Position numbers and translations under genes: made by a program. A DNA stretch of 19,769 bases from an uncultured archaeon (GTDB lineage: Archaea > Hadarchaeota > Hadarchaeia > Hadarchaeales > WYZ-LMO6). Below the pieces are notes generated by a model that saw only the letters and a program-made list of their open reading frames with translations, was not told the DNA's origin and made no database searches. Below, piece after piece: positions 7,398-15,017 of this stretch (position 1 is its first letter; every line of letters begins with the position of its first letter). Where the stretch lies: the NCBI GenBank assembly GCA_938074535.1, contig CALJER010000049.1:1-19769 (forward strand), in the 5' to 3' direction.

Positions 7398-8267
7398 TCA
7401 GCCTATCTTCCCCACCAGGTTCTTCACGGGACTGCGGTTCAGCTGCAGGCCCAGCCTCTCAGGGTCCAGGCCCAGGGCCAGGCCGAGCAGCTGGGTGTAG
7501 TAGACCACGGGGAGGTTGAGGACCTTCCCTATGGTGGTGGCCGCGGAGTCCTGCTTGCCGTCCAGCATCCTGTGCCCGCTGGAGCAGATCGTGACCAGCC
7601 CGTCGTATCCCCAGTTCTGAACCGCCTCCACCTTCTCCCCCGCCAGGGTGAGGGAGGCGTCCTTCCTGGTGTAGAAGAGGTAGGCCCCGCAGCAGTCGAG
7701 CGCCTCCGGATAGTGGGGGCTCTGCGCTCCCAGGGCCTCCACCAGCCTGGGGAGCTTCTGGGGATACTCGGGGTCATCGATGGACCGGAGCTGTCTGGGG
7801 CGGATGGCCTGGCATCCCGTGTGCGCCGCCAGCTTGAGCCCCTTCAGGGGCCTCTTCACCCTCCTCTTTATCTCCTCCACCCCTATCCTGTCGTGGAAGA
7901 GCTCCAGGGGATGGAGGATCTCCACCCCGTCCAGCGGCTCCCTCCCCTCCTCCTTCAGGAGGGAAGAGATTTTCTCCCTGAGCTCGGGGCTAGCCGCCAT
8001 CAGGGCCCTGGCCTCGTAGAACATGCGGTTGCACACGTTGCACAGGGTGACCAGGCCCGCCCCTTTCTCGGCCGCCAGGGCCAGGTTCCTGGCCGCCAGG
8101 TAGACCCACCCCACCGTCCCCACGTTCTGCAGGGGCCAGCCGCAGCAGGAGAAGCCGGGGACCTCCACCATCTCCACGCCCAGTTCCCGGAGGACCTCGC
8201 GGGTGGCCAGCTCGCAGGCGTACTGTTCGGTGGCCGCCACACATCCGGGAAAGATGGCGATCTTCAT
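7398..8267 (-). CDS. hdrB: Heterodisulfide reductase subunit B-like protein, divergent copy
   Basis: FPGC...SCCG...LCNVC first CCG domain; HTGCQ...DCCG...ICSSG second domain; LPVVYYTQLLGLALG tail. ATG 8267 overlaps the hdrC stop (ATGA). Confidence 0.88.
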   Translation of the reverse strand: MKIAIFPGCVAATEQYACELATREVLRELGVEMVEVPGFSCCGWPLQNVGTVGWVYLAARNLALAAEKGAGLVTLCNVCNRMFYEARALMAASPELREKISSLLKEEGREPLDGVEILHPLELFHDRIGVEEIKRRVKRPLKGLKLAAHTGCQAIRPRQLRSIDDPEYPQKLPRLVEALGAQSPHYPEALDCCGAYLFYTRKDASLTLAGEKVEAVQNWGYDGLVTICSSGHRMLDGKQDSAATTIGKVLNLPVVYYTQLLGLALGLDPERLGLQLNRSPVKNLVGKIG

Positions 8268-8791
8268 TCCATCTGCTCCTCCATGGCCTTCATGAGGACC
8301 GAGCTGAACTTGGCCAGGTCGGGGAGGTCTATGGGCGGGAGCCCCAGCTGCCCTCTGTCCACGGAGGTATCCCCCACCTTCACCTTCTGAAGCCCCTGGA
8401 TGAACCCGGTCTCGGTCACGCTCATGATGATCTTGGAAAGATCCTCTGGAAGCTCCGCCCCGGAACCCACCGTCATCCTCCTCAGGAGGAAGATCACGTC
8501 CACGGGGGCCACCTCCTGCGGGCACCTCTCCTTGCACTTCAGGCACTGGCAGCAGGCCCAGAGGAGCTCCGACCTCATCATGTCCTCCACAAACCCCAGC
8601 CTGACGAAGTTCACGAAGGAATGGGGCATTATTTCCGTGAGCCTGAAGGAGGTGCAACCGCTGGTGCACTTGAAGCACTGAAAGCAGTGGAAGGGACTCT
8701 CCAGCTTGAGTTTCTCCACCACCCCGTAAAACTTGTCCACCAGCTCCGGCTGGGGTTTGGTCGCCCTGAGCTGATCGGTTATACCCGCCAT
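8264..8791 (-). CDS. hdrC: Heterodisulfide reductase subunit C-like 2x[4Fe-4S] protein
   Basis: CFQCFKCTSGC and WACCQCLKCKERCPQEVAPVD; coupled to the hdrB-like gene. Confidence 0.88.
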   Translation of the reverse strand: MAGITDQLRATKPQPELVDKFYGVVEKLKLESPFHCFQCFKCTSGCTSFRLTEIMPHSFVNFVRLGFVEDMMRSELLWACCQCLKCKERCPQEVAPVDVIFLLRRMTVGSGAELPEDLSKIIMSVTETGFIQGLQKVKVGDTSVDRGQLGLPPIDLPDLAKFSSVLMKAMEEQME

Positions 8792-8819
8792 TTTGGACCG
8801 ATTTATTACTCCCAACCCG

Positions 8820-8830
8820 TATTTAACCTT
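8820..8830 (-). promoter_or_regulatory. Internal BRE-TATA promoter for hdrC-hdrB-acyl-CoA synthetase
   Basis: Minus strand AAGGTTAAATA, about 29 nt before ATG 8791, in an AT-rich spacer. Confidence 0.55.
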
Positions 8831-8839
8831 ATCGCGAAC

Positions 8840-9238
8840 TTACTTCTCCCCTTCCAGCCTGAAAACAGGAGTCACCCTCTCTCCGGCGGAATATTTGTCC
8901 GACCAAGCATGGAAGCCAGAGAGCCTCACCCTCCTCCCCAAAAGCTCCTGCCCCGCCTCCCCCTCCGCCTCCAACCTTCCCATCACCCAGGGCCCCTCCT
9001 CCGTCCTCACCAGGCAGACGACGTAGGGACCCTCCATGCCCTCGGGCGGAACCCTTATGACGGTGAAGGTCATCAGCTCCCCCCTGCCGCTCAGCTCCGC
9101 GGCCTCCAGCCTCCTGCTCCCGCACCTCCTGCAGACCGCCAGGGGCGGGCAGGTGAGGGTGCCGCAGTCCAGGCACCTCTCCCCCAGCAGCTTCCCCTTC
9201 TTCAGTGCCTCCTCGTAGTCCGCGGAGTACAGCCTCAT
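8840..9238 (-). CDS. Zn-ribbon/OB-fold protein (DUF35 family, thiolase partner)
   Basis: RCLDCG...PPLAVCRRCGS, LSGRGELMTFTVI, PYVVCLVRTEEG; ATGA overlap with the thiolase stop. Confidence 0.93.
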   Translation of the reverse strand: MRLYSADYEEALKKGKLLGERCLDCGTLTCPPLAVCRRCGSRRLEAAELSGRGELMTFTVIRVPPEGMEGPYVVCLVRTEEGPWVMGRLEAEGEAGQELLGRRVRLSGFHAWSDKYSAGERVTPVFRLEGEK

Positions 9239-10425
9239 CCTCTCCTCCCCAGGATGAGGTGGCAGAGGGTGCCGTAGGCTCCCCCCATGGTGTCCACCAT
9301 CCCCACCTCCGGGACGGGATCCACCTGGTTCCCCCTGGGTGCCTCCCCCCTCAGCTGCTGCACGATCATGCACACCTGCGAGGCCCCCGTGGCCCCTATC
9401 GGGTGTCCCTTGCCTATCAGGCCGCCGGACATGTTGGTGGGAATCCTCCCGCCTATCTCCGTCTGCCCCTCCTCCACGGCCTCCCCCGCCTTCCCCTCCG
9501 GGAAGAACCCCATCGCCTCCAGGGCCACGATCTCCGCGATGGTGAAGCAGTCGTGGAGCTCCAGCACCTGAATGTCCTTGGGCTCCAGGCGGGCCTGCCT
9601 GAAGGCCATCCTGGCCGAGGAGACCCTGGAGGGGGGCTTCACCAGCTCCTCCTCGAAGAGGGCCATGGGGCCCCCGGCACCTTGCCCCGTCCCCAGGATG
9701 TAGACGGGAGTGTCCGTGTACTTCCTGGCCTTCTCTCCGGCGCACAGGAGGAGGGCCGCCGCCCCATCCGTGAAGGGGCAGCAGTCGAGGAGGGTGAGGG
9801 GGTCGCAGACCATCCTGGAGCTCAGGACCTCCTCCACCTTCAGGTTCTCGTACTTCCCGTAGAACTGCGCCAGCGGGTTCCTGGCACCGTGCCTGTGGTT
9901 CTGGATGGAGACTTGGGCCATCTGCTCCCTGAGCCTCTCCAGCGGCAGGCCGTAGATCCTGGAGTAGAGCCTCGCCACCAGCGCGAAGACCCCCGGGAAG
10001 GTCAGGCCGGCGGGCACCTCGTAGGTGGAGTGCATGGCCATGGCGAAGGTCCTGGTGGCCAGGGGGGTACCCATGGGAAGGACCCTCTCGGTTCCCCCCA
10101 CCAGGACCAGATCGTAGGCCCCGGAGGCCACCCACATCCAGGCGTCCCTCACCGCCACGGTGGAGGAGGCGCAGGCACCCTCGAAGCGGGTGCAGGGGAT
10201 GAGACCCAACCCCAGCTCCGCCCGGCACTGGGCCTGGATCATGGCCTGGCCCTCCCCGAAGTCCCCCAGGGCCGAGCCCACGAAGAGGGCCTCCACCTCC
10301 CTCCCCTCCACCCCCGCCCCCTCCATGGCCTGCTGGGCGGCCTCGGAGAAGAGCTCCACCGCCGTCCTCCTCTCCCACTTCCCGAACCTGGTGTGCCCCA
10401 CGCCCACCACGGCCACTTCGCGCAT
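9235..10425 (-). CDS. Archaeal SCP2-type thiolase (acetyl-CoA C-acyltransferase family)
   Basis: VAVVGVGHTRFG, catalytic EGACASS, DCCPFTDGAAA, ELHDCF, KGHPIGATG. Confidence 0.94.
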   Translation of the reverse strand: MREVAVVGVGHTRFGKWERRTAVELFSEAAQQAMEGAGVEGREVEALFVGSALGDFGEGQAMIQAQCRAELGLGLIPCTRFEGACASSTVAVRDAWMWVASGAYDLVLVGGTERVLPMGTPLATRTFAMAMHSTYEVPAGLTFPGVFALVARLYSRIYGLPLERLREQMAQVSIQNHRHGARNPLAQFYGKYENLKVEEVLSSRMVCDPLTLLDCCPFTDGAAALLLCAGEKARKYTDTPVYILGTGQGAGGPMALFEEELVKPPSRVSSARMAFRQARLEPKDIQVLELHDCFTIAEIVALEAMGFFPEGKAGEAVEEGQTEIGGRIPTNMSGGLIGKGHPIGATGASQVCMIVQQLRGEAPRGNQVDPVPEVGMVDTMGGAYGTLCHLILGRRG

Positions 10426-10447
10426 TCTCTCTCCCCCGCCTCCACCG

Positions 10448-10462
10448 CTAAAAAAGTTTTTC
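10448..10462 (-). promoter_or_regulatory. BRE-TATA-like promoter for thiolase-DUF35
   Basis: Minus strand GAAAAACTTTTTTAG ending 22 nt before ATG 10425; same spacing as the etf promoter. The T-run may also terminate the upstream hdrB transcript. Confidence 0.5.
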
Positions 10463-10463
10463 C

Positions 10464-11351
10464 TCAGGGGCCCAGCTTCCTGAGGAGGGGCTCGCAGGAA
10501 ACGGCGTGGGCATCCATCCCCAGCTCGGCCGGGCTCATCCCCATGGCCAGGCCCAGGAGCTGGGAGTAGTGCACCACGGGCATCCCGAAGGTCTCCCCGA
10601 AAAGGTCCTCTATTTCCTTCTGCCCCCTGTCGAACTGCAGATGGCAGAAGGAACAGACGTCCACCAGGCAGTCCACCCCCCTTTCCTTCAGCTCCTGCAG
10701 CTTCCTTCGGGTGAACTCCAGGGAGTACTTCAGGAAGGCCGACCTCACCCCCCCTCCGGCACCGCAGCACATGAGCCTGCTGGGGTAATCCACGCTCTCG
10801 CAGCCCAGCGCCTCCACTAGCTCATCCACGAGCCTGGGCGCCAGGGGGTTGTCCATGCCCTTGTGCTCGGAGGGGCGGAGGAGGTGGCAGCCGTAGTGCA
10901 CCGCCACCTTCAGCCCCAGGGGCCTCCTGACGTGCTTCTTGAGCTCCTCCACCCCGTAGTCGTGGAGGACCTTCGTGAAGTGGTATACCTCCACCGTGGC
11001 CCGGTAGCTTCTGCCCACTCCCGAGAGGAGCTCGTTCACCCTGTCCCTGAGCCCGGGGTCCTCCTTCAGCACCCTGTTCACCTCGAAGAGGGTGTCGAAG
11101 CACCCGCTGCACACGGTGAGCACGTCCAGCCCCATGCCCTCGGCGAGGGAGAGGTTCCTCGCCCCGAGCACCAGCCAGGTCAGGGCGTCGAAGGACCCCA
11201 CCACGCCCGGGGCGGGGCAGCAGGAGGCGCCCTCCATGTCCCTGAGCCCGATCCCCAGGCGCTCGAAGACCTTCCTGGTGGCCGCCTCTATGCCGGGATA
11301 CCGGTTGGGGGTGATGCAGCCCAGGTAGAAGGCGTACTCTCCCTTAACCAT
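10464..11351 (-). CDS. hdrB: CoB-CoM heterodisulfide reductase subunit B, methanogen-like copy
   Basis: YAFYLGCITPNRYPGIEAAT, SCCPAPG, CSGC, HYGCH, MCCGAGGGVRS, CSFCHLQFDRGQ; both CCG domains complete. Confidence 0.93.
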   Translation of the reverse strand: MVKGEYAFYLGCITPNRYPGIEAATRKVFERLGIGLRDMEGASCCPAPGVVGSFDALTWLVLGARNLSLAEGMGLDVLTVCSGCFDTLFEVNRVLKEDPGLRDRVNELLSGVGRSYRATVEVYHFTKVLHDYGVEELKKHVRRPLGLKVAVHYGCHLLRPSEHKGMDNPLAPRLVDELVEALGCESVDYPSRLMCCGAGGGVRSAFLKYSLEFTRRKLQELKERGVDCLVDVCSFCHLQFDRGQKEIEDLFGETFGMPVVHYSQLLGLAMGMSPAELGMDAHAVSCEPLLRKLGP

Positions 11352-11901
11352 CCTTTTCCTCCCCCAGCAGCCTCGCGAAACCCGTGCGCCTCAGCAGCTC
11401 CCCCACCTCCTCCAGGGCCTTCTGGGAAGCGTGGGTGGTGGGAGGGGTGCCGGGCAGACCCAGCTTCTCCCTCAGCTCCTTCACCGTCTCGCTCACGGGC
11501 ACCAGGTGGCCGGTCCTGATCAGGTAGCCCGCTATCTTCCTGTGGTCCTCCACCGCCCTTCCCTCCCTCACGGCCAGCCTCCTGGCGGCCTTCACCACAT
11601 CCACAGGCGCCACGCGCTGCGGGCACACCTCCCTGCAGTAGGAGCAGGTGGTGCAGCTCCATATCACCTCCGACCCCACCATCCTCTCCTTCAGCCCGAG
11701 CCTGGCGAAGCCCACGAGCTGGTGGGGCTTATATCCCTTCTGGAACTTGAAGGCATCGCACCCGCTCGTGCACCTCATGCACTGGAAACAGGCGTCCGGC
11801 TCCTGCTCCCCGATCTCCCTCCTCAGCTCCCGCAGGAACTCCGGATCCTCTCCCTGCATGGAGAAGAGGTCACGCAGGCCCTTCCTTCCCTCCTTCTTCA
11901 A
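11344..11901 (-). CDS. hdrC: Heterodisulfide reductase subunit C
   Basis: CFQCMRCTSGC and IWSCTTCSYCREVCPQ; C-terminal TGHLVP...LREKLGLP..PPTTH as in methanogen HdrC. Start is TTG 11901 (overlapping the GNAT stop) or ATG 11859. Confidence 0.9.
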   Translation of the reverse strand: MKKEGRKGLRDLFSMQGEDPEFLRELRREIGEQEPDACFQCMRCTSGCDAFKFQKGYKPHQLVGFARLGLKERMVGSEVIWSCTTCSYCREVCPQRVAPVDVVKAARRLAVREGRAVEDHRKIAGYLIRTGHLVPVSETVKELREKLGLPGTPPTTHASQKALEEVGELLRRTGFARLLGEEKDG

Positions 11902-12377
11902 CCCTCCACCTCCCTCTCGTAGGTCTGCACCCACATCCCCTTCTCCTGCTCCCACAGCCCTCCCCTCTTCCTGAACCCCAGCTGGTCCACACACTTCCTG
12001 CTCGGGGCCTGGTCGGGGAGGATGTTCACCACCACCCTCCTGAAGCCCTTTTCCTTCGCGAACTCCAGCAGCTGGCGGTACATGGCGATAGCCAGTCCCC
12101 TCCCCCTCCACTCGGGGGCCACCGTCTGGTGCTCACCGAGCACCTCCTCCCCCAGCGGCACCGCCTTGTACACTCCCACGAGCCTTCCCTCCTTCCTGAT
12201 GCCGAAATAATAGACTCCTTTTTCCATCTCCTCTAAAATCTTTTCCCTGGGGAGGGTCCTCTTCCTCCTCCACTCCTCCGGATACTCCTCGGCCTTGGGC
12301 CAGACCTCCTTGAAGAGCCTCTCTATCTCGGGAGCATCGGAGGAGAGGAGACGCTCAACCTTTATCTCCGCTCCCAT
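11898..12377 (-). CDS. GNAT-family N-acetyltransferase
   Basis: Motif A VAPEWRGRGLAIAM, AKEKGFRRVVVNI, LGF; 159 aa. Confidence 0.9.
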   Translation of the reverse strand: MGAEIKVERLLSSDAPEIERLFKEVWPKAEEYPEEWRRKRTLPREKILEEMEKGVYYFGIRKEGRLVGVYKAVPLGEEVLGEHQTVAPEWRGRGLAIAMYRQLLEFAKEKGFRRVVVNILPDQAPSRKCVDQLGFRKRGGLWEQEKGMWVQTYEREVEG

Positions 12378-12415
12378 CCTGGGAAGTGGAGGGCCTGGCA
12401 AAAAAAGGTGGGGGT

Positions 12416-13753
12416 TTGCTCCTCCTCTACGACATAAAACCCGAGTTCGACAGGCGGGGGGCCAGGGTACGCCTGGTCAGGCTCCTCCGCAAGAAGGGCG
12501 GAGTCCCCATCCAGCGCTCCACCTGGCTTCTCCCGGCGGTAGACGAGGAGCTCCTCCGCCTGCTGGACGAGATAAGGATGGGGGGAGGAACGGTCTTCCT
12601 CTGCGAGTGGAAACCCATACCCCTGCAGCGGGTGAGGGCCTCGGGGGGGGTCCTGAGGGTGGGGGTGGTGCTCCAGGGACCGAAGCCCATAGATGAAGGT
12701 ATGGCCGATCGGGTCCTCCGCCTGCTGGAAGAATGGGGGGCCAGGGTCAGAGTCCTGATCAGCGGGGCCATGGGGAGGGTGGCCGCCCTGGACCGTGGCT
12801 GGGGGTGCGGGGGCGCTGCCGGTGCCTCCCCGCTGCCCAGCCGGGCCCTGGATGAGCTGAGCCTGGAGAACCCTGACCTCCTCATCCTCCTCACCGGGTG
12901 CAAGTCCCTGGAGAACGGGCTCCACATGGGGAGGAAGATCGTGGAGAACGCCAGGCTGGCGCGGCTCCTCAGGGTTCCCCTCACCCAGGTGGAAACGGCG
13001 GGGAGGGGGGCGGTCATTCACTGGGCGGGGGATCCCTCCCTGAGCAGGAAGCTCGCCGGTTCCCTCTCCCTGGAGCTCCGATCCCCCCCGCCCTTCACCG
13101 GTGGGATCGAGAGGAGGGGGGGAAGGGTGTACCGGAGCCTGGTGGGGGTGCGCCCGGGCGAAAAGATCCTGGTGAACGGATATGTGGTGGGGGAGAGCCT
13201 CTCCCACGACGTGACGCTGGTGGCGAGGGGGGGAAGGCTGGAGGAGATAGTGGGGGGAAGGAAGTACCCCAGGGGTTTCCAGAAGGTGGGGAGGGTGGAC
13301 CTCGCGAGAGCCAACGTCAAGACCCTGCGCACCCTGCGCGGGGTCCCTCCCCCCAGGACCCTGCCGGGAAGGAAGGGGAGCAGGGTGATCCTGGTGGAGA
13401 GGGCGGACACCGCGCTGGAGAGGGCCCAGGGAGCCGGACTGGTGATTGCCGTGGGGGACGACACCACGATGATAACGCACGAAATCCTTTCCAGGCTGGG
13501 CATCCCCGTGCTCGGACTGGTGGACGGGGACGCCGACGGGCTCATGGAGAGGTCGGGGGGAAGGGAGGGCGTGAGGTCCGGACTCTACCTGGTGAGGGTG
13601 AGCCCGGGCATGGACGATGAGGCAGGGAGGATCGTGAGGGAGAGGCTCTTCAGGGGCAGGCCGTGGGTAAGGCTGAGAGGGGATCCCGAGAGAATGAAGA
13701 GAAGGGTGCTGGAGACCCTGGGGGAGCTGGTGCAGGAAGTGGTGACGGCCTGA
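12416..13753 (+). CDS. Fusion: N-terminal Cas2/PaaX-middle/ChrB-N-like small domain plus DUF2117-like archaeal protein
   Basis: N-terminus LLLYDIK...RVRLVRLLRKKGGVPIQRSTWLLP. Body from ~12653: RVGVVLQGPKPIDEG, GAMGRVAALD, GCKSLENG, GVRPGEKILVNGYVVG, VGDDTT, RLGIPVLGLVDGDAD. Start is TTG 12416 (GGTG RBS) or GTG 12386. Confidence 0.78.
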   Translation: MLLLYDIKPEFDRRGARVRLVRLLRKKGGVPIQRSTWLLPAVDEELLRLLDEIRMGGGTVFLCEWKPIPLQRVRASGGVLRVGVVLQGPKPIDEGMADRVLRLLEEWGARVRVLISGAMGRVAALDRGWGCGGAAGASPLPSRALDELSLENPDLLILLTGCKSLENGLHMGRKIVENARLARLLRVPLTQVETAGRGAVIHWAGDPSLSRKLAGSLSLELRSPPPFTGGIERRGGRVYRSLVGVRPGEKILVNGYVVGESLSHDVTLVARGGRLEEIVGGRKYPRGFQKVGRVDLARANVKTLRTLRGVPPPRTLPGRKGSRVILVERADTALERAQGAGLVIAVGDDTTMITHEILSRLGIPVLGLVDGDADGLMERSGGREGVRSGLYLVRVSPGMDDEAGRIVRERLFRGRPWVRLRGDPERMKRRVLETLGELVQEVVTA

Positions 13754-13810
13754 CCGGGACTCTCCGACCCCGGCTTTTCCCTGGCGTCCGCTGCTCTTTT
13801 CCCCTTTTTC
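13754..13810 (+). terminator. Possible terminator after the fusion gene
   Basis: CCGGG...CCCGG stem followed by CTTTT, then a pyrimidine tract CTCTTTTCCCCTTTTTC. Confidence 0.3.
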
Positions 13811-13827
13811 CCCAGAGTGAAATCAGC

Positions 13828-13840
13828 CAAATCTTTTTAG
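13828..13840 (+). promoter_or_regulatory. BRE-TATA-like promoter for the Fe-S protein / FAD oxidoreductase pair
   Basis: CAAATCTTTTTAG ending 22 nt before ATG 13863. Confidence 0.5.
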
Positions 13841-13862
13841 GCAAGAGGGGGAAAAGGGGCGG

Positions 13863-15017
13863 ATGAAGCCTGAGGAGCTTCTCAGGGAGCTCTACCACTG
13901 CCTCCACTGCCACCTCTGCAACTTCGCCGACTGGCACTCCCTGGACGAGTGGATGCCCCTTTGCCCCTCCTACGCCTACTTCGGGTTCGAGTCCTTCTCC
14001 GCCTCGGGGAAGATGGAGGTGGCCAGGGCCCTCCTCGCCGGGGAGCTGAGGCCCTCCGGCCGCACCCTCCAGGTCCTCTTCAGCGACCTGGGATGCGGGG
14101 CCTGCCACGCCCAGTGCCACGGTCTCACCGGACTGAAGGTGGACCACGTGGAGGTCTTCGAGGAGCTGAAGGCCAGGCTCGTGGAGAGGGGATACGGTCC
14201 CCTTCCCAGGCAGAAGGCCTACGCCAGGAGCATCCAGAAGAACCGCAACCCCTACGGGGAGAAGCCGGGGGAAAGGACCTCCTGGCTGGAGGAAGAGGTG
14301 CCCGAGAAGGGGGAGACCGTCTACTTCGTGGGCTGCACCTCCTCCTACCGCCAGAAAGAGATCGCCAGGGCCACGGTGGAGGTGCTCCTCCGATCCGGGG
14401 AACCCTTCGCCCTGCTGGGGGAGGAGGAGTGGTGCTGCGGCTCCCCCCTCCTCCGCACGGGGCAGAGGAAGCTGGCCAGGGAGCTCGCCGAGCACAACCT
14501 GGAGGCCCTCAGGAGGGCCGGCGCCAGGAGGGTGGTCTTCTCCTGCGCCGGCTGCTACCGAACCTTCTCCAGGGACTATCCCAAACTGCTGGGGAGGGAA
14601 CTCGGGCTCGAGCTCCTACACACCAGCCAGCACTTCCTGAAGGTGCTCCCCGGGGGGAAGCTGCGCGGAGACGGCAGGAGGATCACCTACCACGACCCCT
14701 GCCACCTGGGGAGGGGAATGGGCGTATACGACCCCCCCAGGGAGCTCCTGCGCATGCTCTCCCGCAGCTTCGTGGAGATGAAGAGGTCCAGGGAAAACTC
14801 CTGGTGCTGCGGGGCAGGAAGCGGGGTGAAGGCCGCCTTCCCCGACTTCGCCCTCTGGTCGGCCTCCAGGCGCCTGGAGGAGGCGCGGGGAACGGGGGCT
14901 GAGGTGCTGGTCTCCTCCTGTCCCTTCTGCAAGAGGAACCTCGAGGATGCCGGCAGGAAGGTGGGGGGAGTGGAGGTGAAGGACCTGAGCGAGCTCCTGG
15001 CGGAGGCCCTCGCATGA
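13863..15017 (+). CDS. HdrD/GlpC/GlcF-like Fe-S protein (ferredoxin domain plus two CCG domains)
   Basis: CLHCHLC...CPS, DLGCGACHAQC, NPYG, YFVGC, WCCG, CAGCY, YHDPCHLGR, CCGAGSG, CPFC. Confidence 0.92.
   Translation: MKPEELLRELYHCLHCHLCNFADWHSLDEWMPLCPSYAYFGFESFSASGKMEVARALLAGELRPSGRTLQVLFSDLGCGACHAQCHGLTGLKVDHVEVFEELKARLVERGYGPLPRQKAYARSIQKNRNPYGEKPGERTSWLEEEVPEKGETVYFVGCTSSYRQKEIARATVEVLLRSGEPFALLGEEEWCCGSPLLRTGQRKLARELAEHNLEALRRAGARRVVFSCAGCYRTFSRDYPKLLGRELGLELLHTSQHFLKVLPGGKLRGDGRRITYHDPCHLGRGMGVYDPPRELLRMLSRSFVEMKRSRENSWCCGAGSGVKAAFPDFALWSASRRLEEARGTGAEVLVSSCPFCKRNLEDAGRKVGGVEVKDLSELLAEALA

Noticed and set aside
7398-12111. Apparent long N-terminal extensions or fusions in the ORF track (hdrB 426 aa, DUF35 512 aa, thiolase 511 aa, hdrC 255 aa; also the PLP enzyme at 515 aa)
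   Set aside because: The extensions are off-frame readings of the upstream gene. True starts lie at ATGA/TTGA overlaps or just after a promoter.
12416-12620. Calling a CRISPR-Cas locus from the Cas2-like motif
   Set aside because: No repeat-spacer array, cas1 or other cas gene is visible, and the domain is fused to an unrelated protein.
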